NCBI GenBank assembly: GCA_002269645.1
Contig: NIVC01000690.1
Coordinates: forward strand, 372,001-436,000
Reading direction: 5' to 3'
DNA length: 64,000 bases
Source of the DNA: Macrostomum lignano
Taxonomy: Eukaryota
Part shown: positions 61,690 through 64,000 of the stretch, piece after piece
Layout of the letters: each line of letters begins with the position of its first letter
Numbering within the stretch: position 1 is the first letter of the stretch
The notes under the pieces: model-generated
Told to the model about the DNA's origin: nothing
Seen by the model: only the letters and a program-made list of their open reading frames with translations
Database searches by the model: none
Program-made: the position numbers and the translations under genes

Positions 61690-62065
61690 GGGATACTTGC
61701 TATTTGGGAGAGGGGGTACTGGCTACATGCAGGGGATTCTTTCTATCCAGGGATGCTTGCTATTCAGGGATTCTTGCTATCTGCAGGATGCTTGCTATTT
61801 AGGGATTCTTGCTATCTGCAGGATGCTTGCTATCTGGGTGGATGCTTCTATAATATCTGGGGGGTGCTTGCTAATCTGCAGAATGCTTCTATAATATCTG
61901 GGGGGTGCTTGCTAATCTGCAGAATGCTTCTATAATATCTGGGGGGTGCTTGCTAATCTGCAGAATGCTTCTATAATATCTGGGGGGTGCTTGCTAATCT
62001 GCAGATGCTTGCTATCTGTGGTGATTCTTGCTATGAGCATTAGAGGATGCTTGCTATCTGCGATT
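61690..62065. repeat. Degenerate repeat including about 41-bp units (TGCTTCTATAATATCTGGGGGGTGCTTGCTAATCTGCAGAA)
   Basis: Tandem units at about 61840-62010. Confidence 0.8.
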
Positions 62066-63279
62066 GTTCACTTTTGGAGGGGGTTGCTTGCTGTCTTGGG
62101 AATATTTTCTATTTAGGGAAACGATATTTTGTTGACTGTTTGTTAATTTTAGAGAAAATGTGATTTTTTAATTTTGCAAACATCTTAGTCCGTGACAATT
62201 TTACACGAATAAGGTGATTTTTAAAATGTGAAGAAGGAATTAGTGTTTAAGAAAATGTGTTTTGTTATTGTTTTCCATGAACTATTTTTGCTCCTTTCTT
62301 ATTGGGCGCCCCGAAGGGGGGCCGCACTAGATTGCTAGTGTACTTCTAAATGCATTGTAGGGACAACTCGATTTAAAATTGATCTGTCTTGTGCAGCATT
62401 CATGGCTTTTATCATGGCTTCTTGTCTTCGCAAAGAACAAAGGGACAATTATTTTTGTATAGTATGCTGTCATTATATGAATTTAAAATTACAAATCAGT
62501 AAATTGGCATCTGCGAATGTTTCCAGCTTATCAGCAAACATTTCTGTGTAAGTTGCTGCCTAACAGCTAGAACCAGAATAACTGAAGCGATTAACGGTGT
62601 TTTAATTCTGAACCATCTCGTTTGCTTGTGCTTTGCTAACCATGGTGAAACTTGAGCGCCAAAATTGCATGTTAGAAACAAGCGTTGTTAGCAATAGCTT
62701 GTTGTTAAGTTTGTAATTTGTGTCGCACATTTTCTAGCTGAAATTCGACCATTCGCGAGCATCGAAGACTTGGACTTGGGTAAATCTGGGGTTTCCTAGA
62801 AACTAAATCCCGTTTAGTTACGGCACATTGAGTAGCCAGAGCATCAACTATTCAATACTCGAATTTAATTTTACCACCGAATAGACATGCAATTGAAGTA
62901 CGTTTGTGTTGTCTTCCTTTTGTTTAGAATTGTAAAGTCACTTTTGTTTTCTTATTGTTTTGTTAGCACTTTATAACCTTCTATTAACTTTTTGACGTGA
63001 CTTTTAGTTAAGATTCGAGTGATTTGTGTTTTGTTTGCGGTACAAACAGTAATTTTCGATAGCATACCGTTATAGACCCTTTGATTTTAATGTTATCAAA
63101 TATTAATCAATTTTTACGTGCTAGGACAGGTGTTAGTCGGAGTTCTAGTGTAGTGGTGGTGTACGAGTGTACGATTTAATGTGAAGCAATAGAGTTTACT
63201 AAAGAAAGAACTAAAGAAGCTAAAAAGCATCAAAAAGATTTTTCTTTAATATCTTAACACTAAACTAAAACTCTCTTAG

Positions 63280-63655
63280 ACGGTGCCCAAACGGAGAAAC
63301 AGGGCTTGGAGCAAAGCCTCCTGTTTACCACATTCGAGTTCACTGCTCAAACGCGGCCGTCTCGGCTGCAGTCGCAAATCTCCGGCCGACTTGTCAAACG
63401 CAGCCGCGACGTTCTCGGTCCCCGAAAGGGTCGTCGAATGGTGATCTTTGTCGACGACTTAAACATGCCGCTGCCTGACGAATTCGGCACTCAAGCTCCG
63501 CTAGAACTGCTGCGACAATTCCTCGATTTGGGTGGATTCTACGATCTGCAGAAGCTGAGCTGGCGTAGCGTTGTTGACACGGTGATGCTGGCCGCCTGCG
63601 GACCGTCTGGCGGGGGACGACACCATGTGTCTCCTCGGCTGCTTCGGCACTTCAG
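63280..63655 (+). CDS. DNAH14: Dynein heavy chain exon 19 (AAA3)
   Basis: IFVDDLNMP..DEFGTQAPLELLRQFLDLGGFYD...SPRLLRHF; phase 1/2. Confidence 0.96.
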
Positions 63656-63754
63656 GTTTGAAAAGAACAAAAATGATTGAAAACTACTTATTTTTTAATA
63701 AAGACTATTTTATTAGTGACATCAATATAATTATCGTACAATACCTTTCTGCAG

Positions 63755-64000
63755 TCTTCTCTCGCTGCCTCTGCCGTCGAGTCGCTCTCTGCAGCACATC
63801 TACCACGTGCAGCTCGGCCGATTCCTGCAGGATCACGACTTTCACGCCGAAATCCGCGACCTCATGCTAAACATGGTCAGCTGCGCCATCAATTTGTACT
63901 ACAGGCTTCGAGCAGCGCTAAAGCCGACACCAGCCAAGCTGCACTATACCTACAATTTGAGAGATCTGACCAAAGTTGTTGAAGGATTTTACATGGCTAG
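63755..64000 (+). CDS. DNAH14: Dynein heavy chain exon 20 (runs off the window)
   Basis: Hand translation SLPLPSSRSLQHIY...LKPTPAKLHYTYNLRDLTKVVEG; phase 2 start. Confidence 0.95.

Overview
Eukaryotic (animal) genomic DNA with GC-rich exons, GT-AG introns and AT-rich introns crowded with tandem repeats and small transposons. The style resembles a free-living flatworm such as Macrostomum, but the organism is my inference. Two well-supported spliced genes are present. FEN1 (4 exons, minus strand, 8685-17630, 388 aa) is complete. An axonemal dynein heavy chain of the DNAH6/DNAH14 type, most like DNAH14 (20 phase-consistent exons, plus strand, 33487 to window end, about 2950 aa), is 3'-incomplete. 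A two-exon class A GPCR is nested antisense in dynein intron 4. There is also an intronless secreted 6-Cys Ly6/three-finger-like gene, a 59-aa single-pass membrane ORF missed by the ORF track, and a frame-broken PAN/Apple plus LamG-like gene. Mobile DNA includes a Foldback-like element with a 9-bp TSD, several hAT-type MITEs with 8-bp TSDs, a CACTA-like transposase relic, a THAP-bearing TIR element, an RTE-like LINE fragment and two tRNA-derived CORE-type SINEs. The most unusual item is a TSD-flanked hAT-type element just upstream of FEN1 that carries a DIRS/Ngaro-type reverse transcriptase-RNase H fragment. No CRISPR array, rRNA or convincing tRNA gene was found. All coordinates were read by eye; repeat boundaries are approximate.
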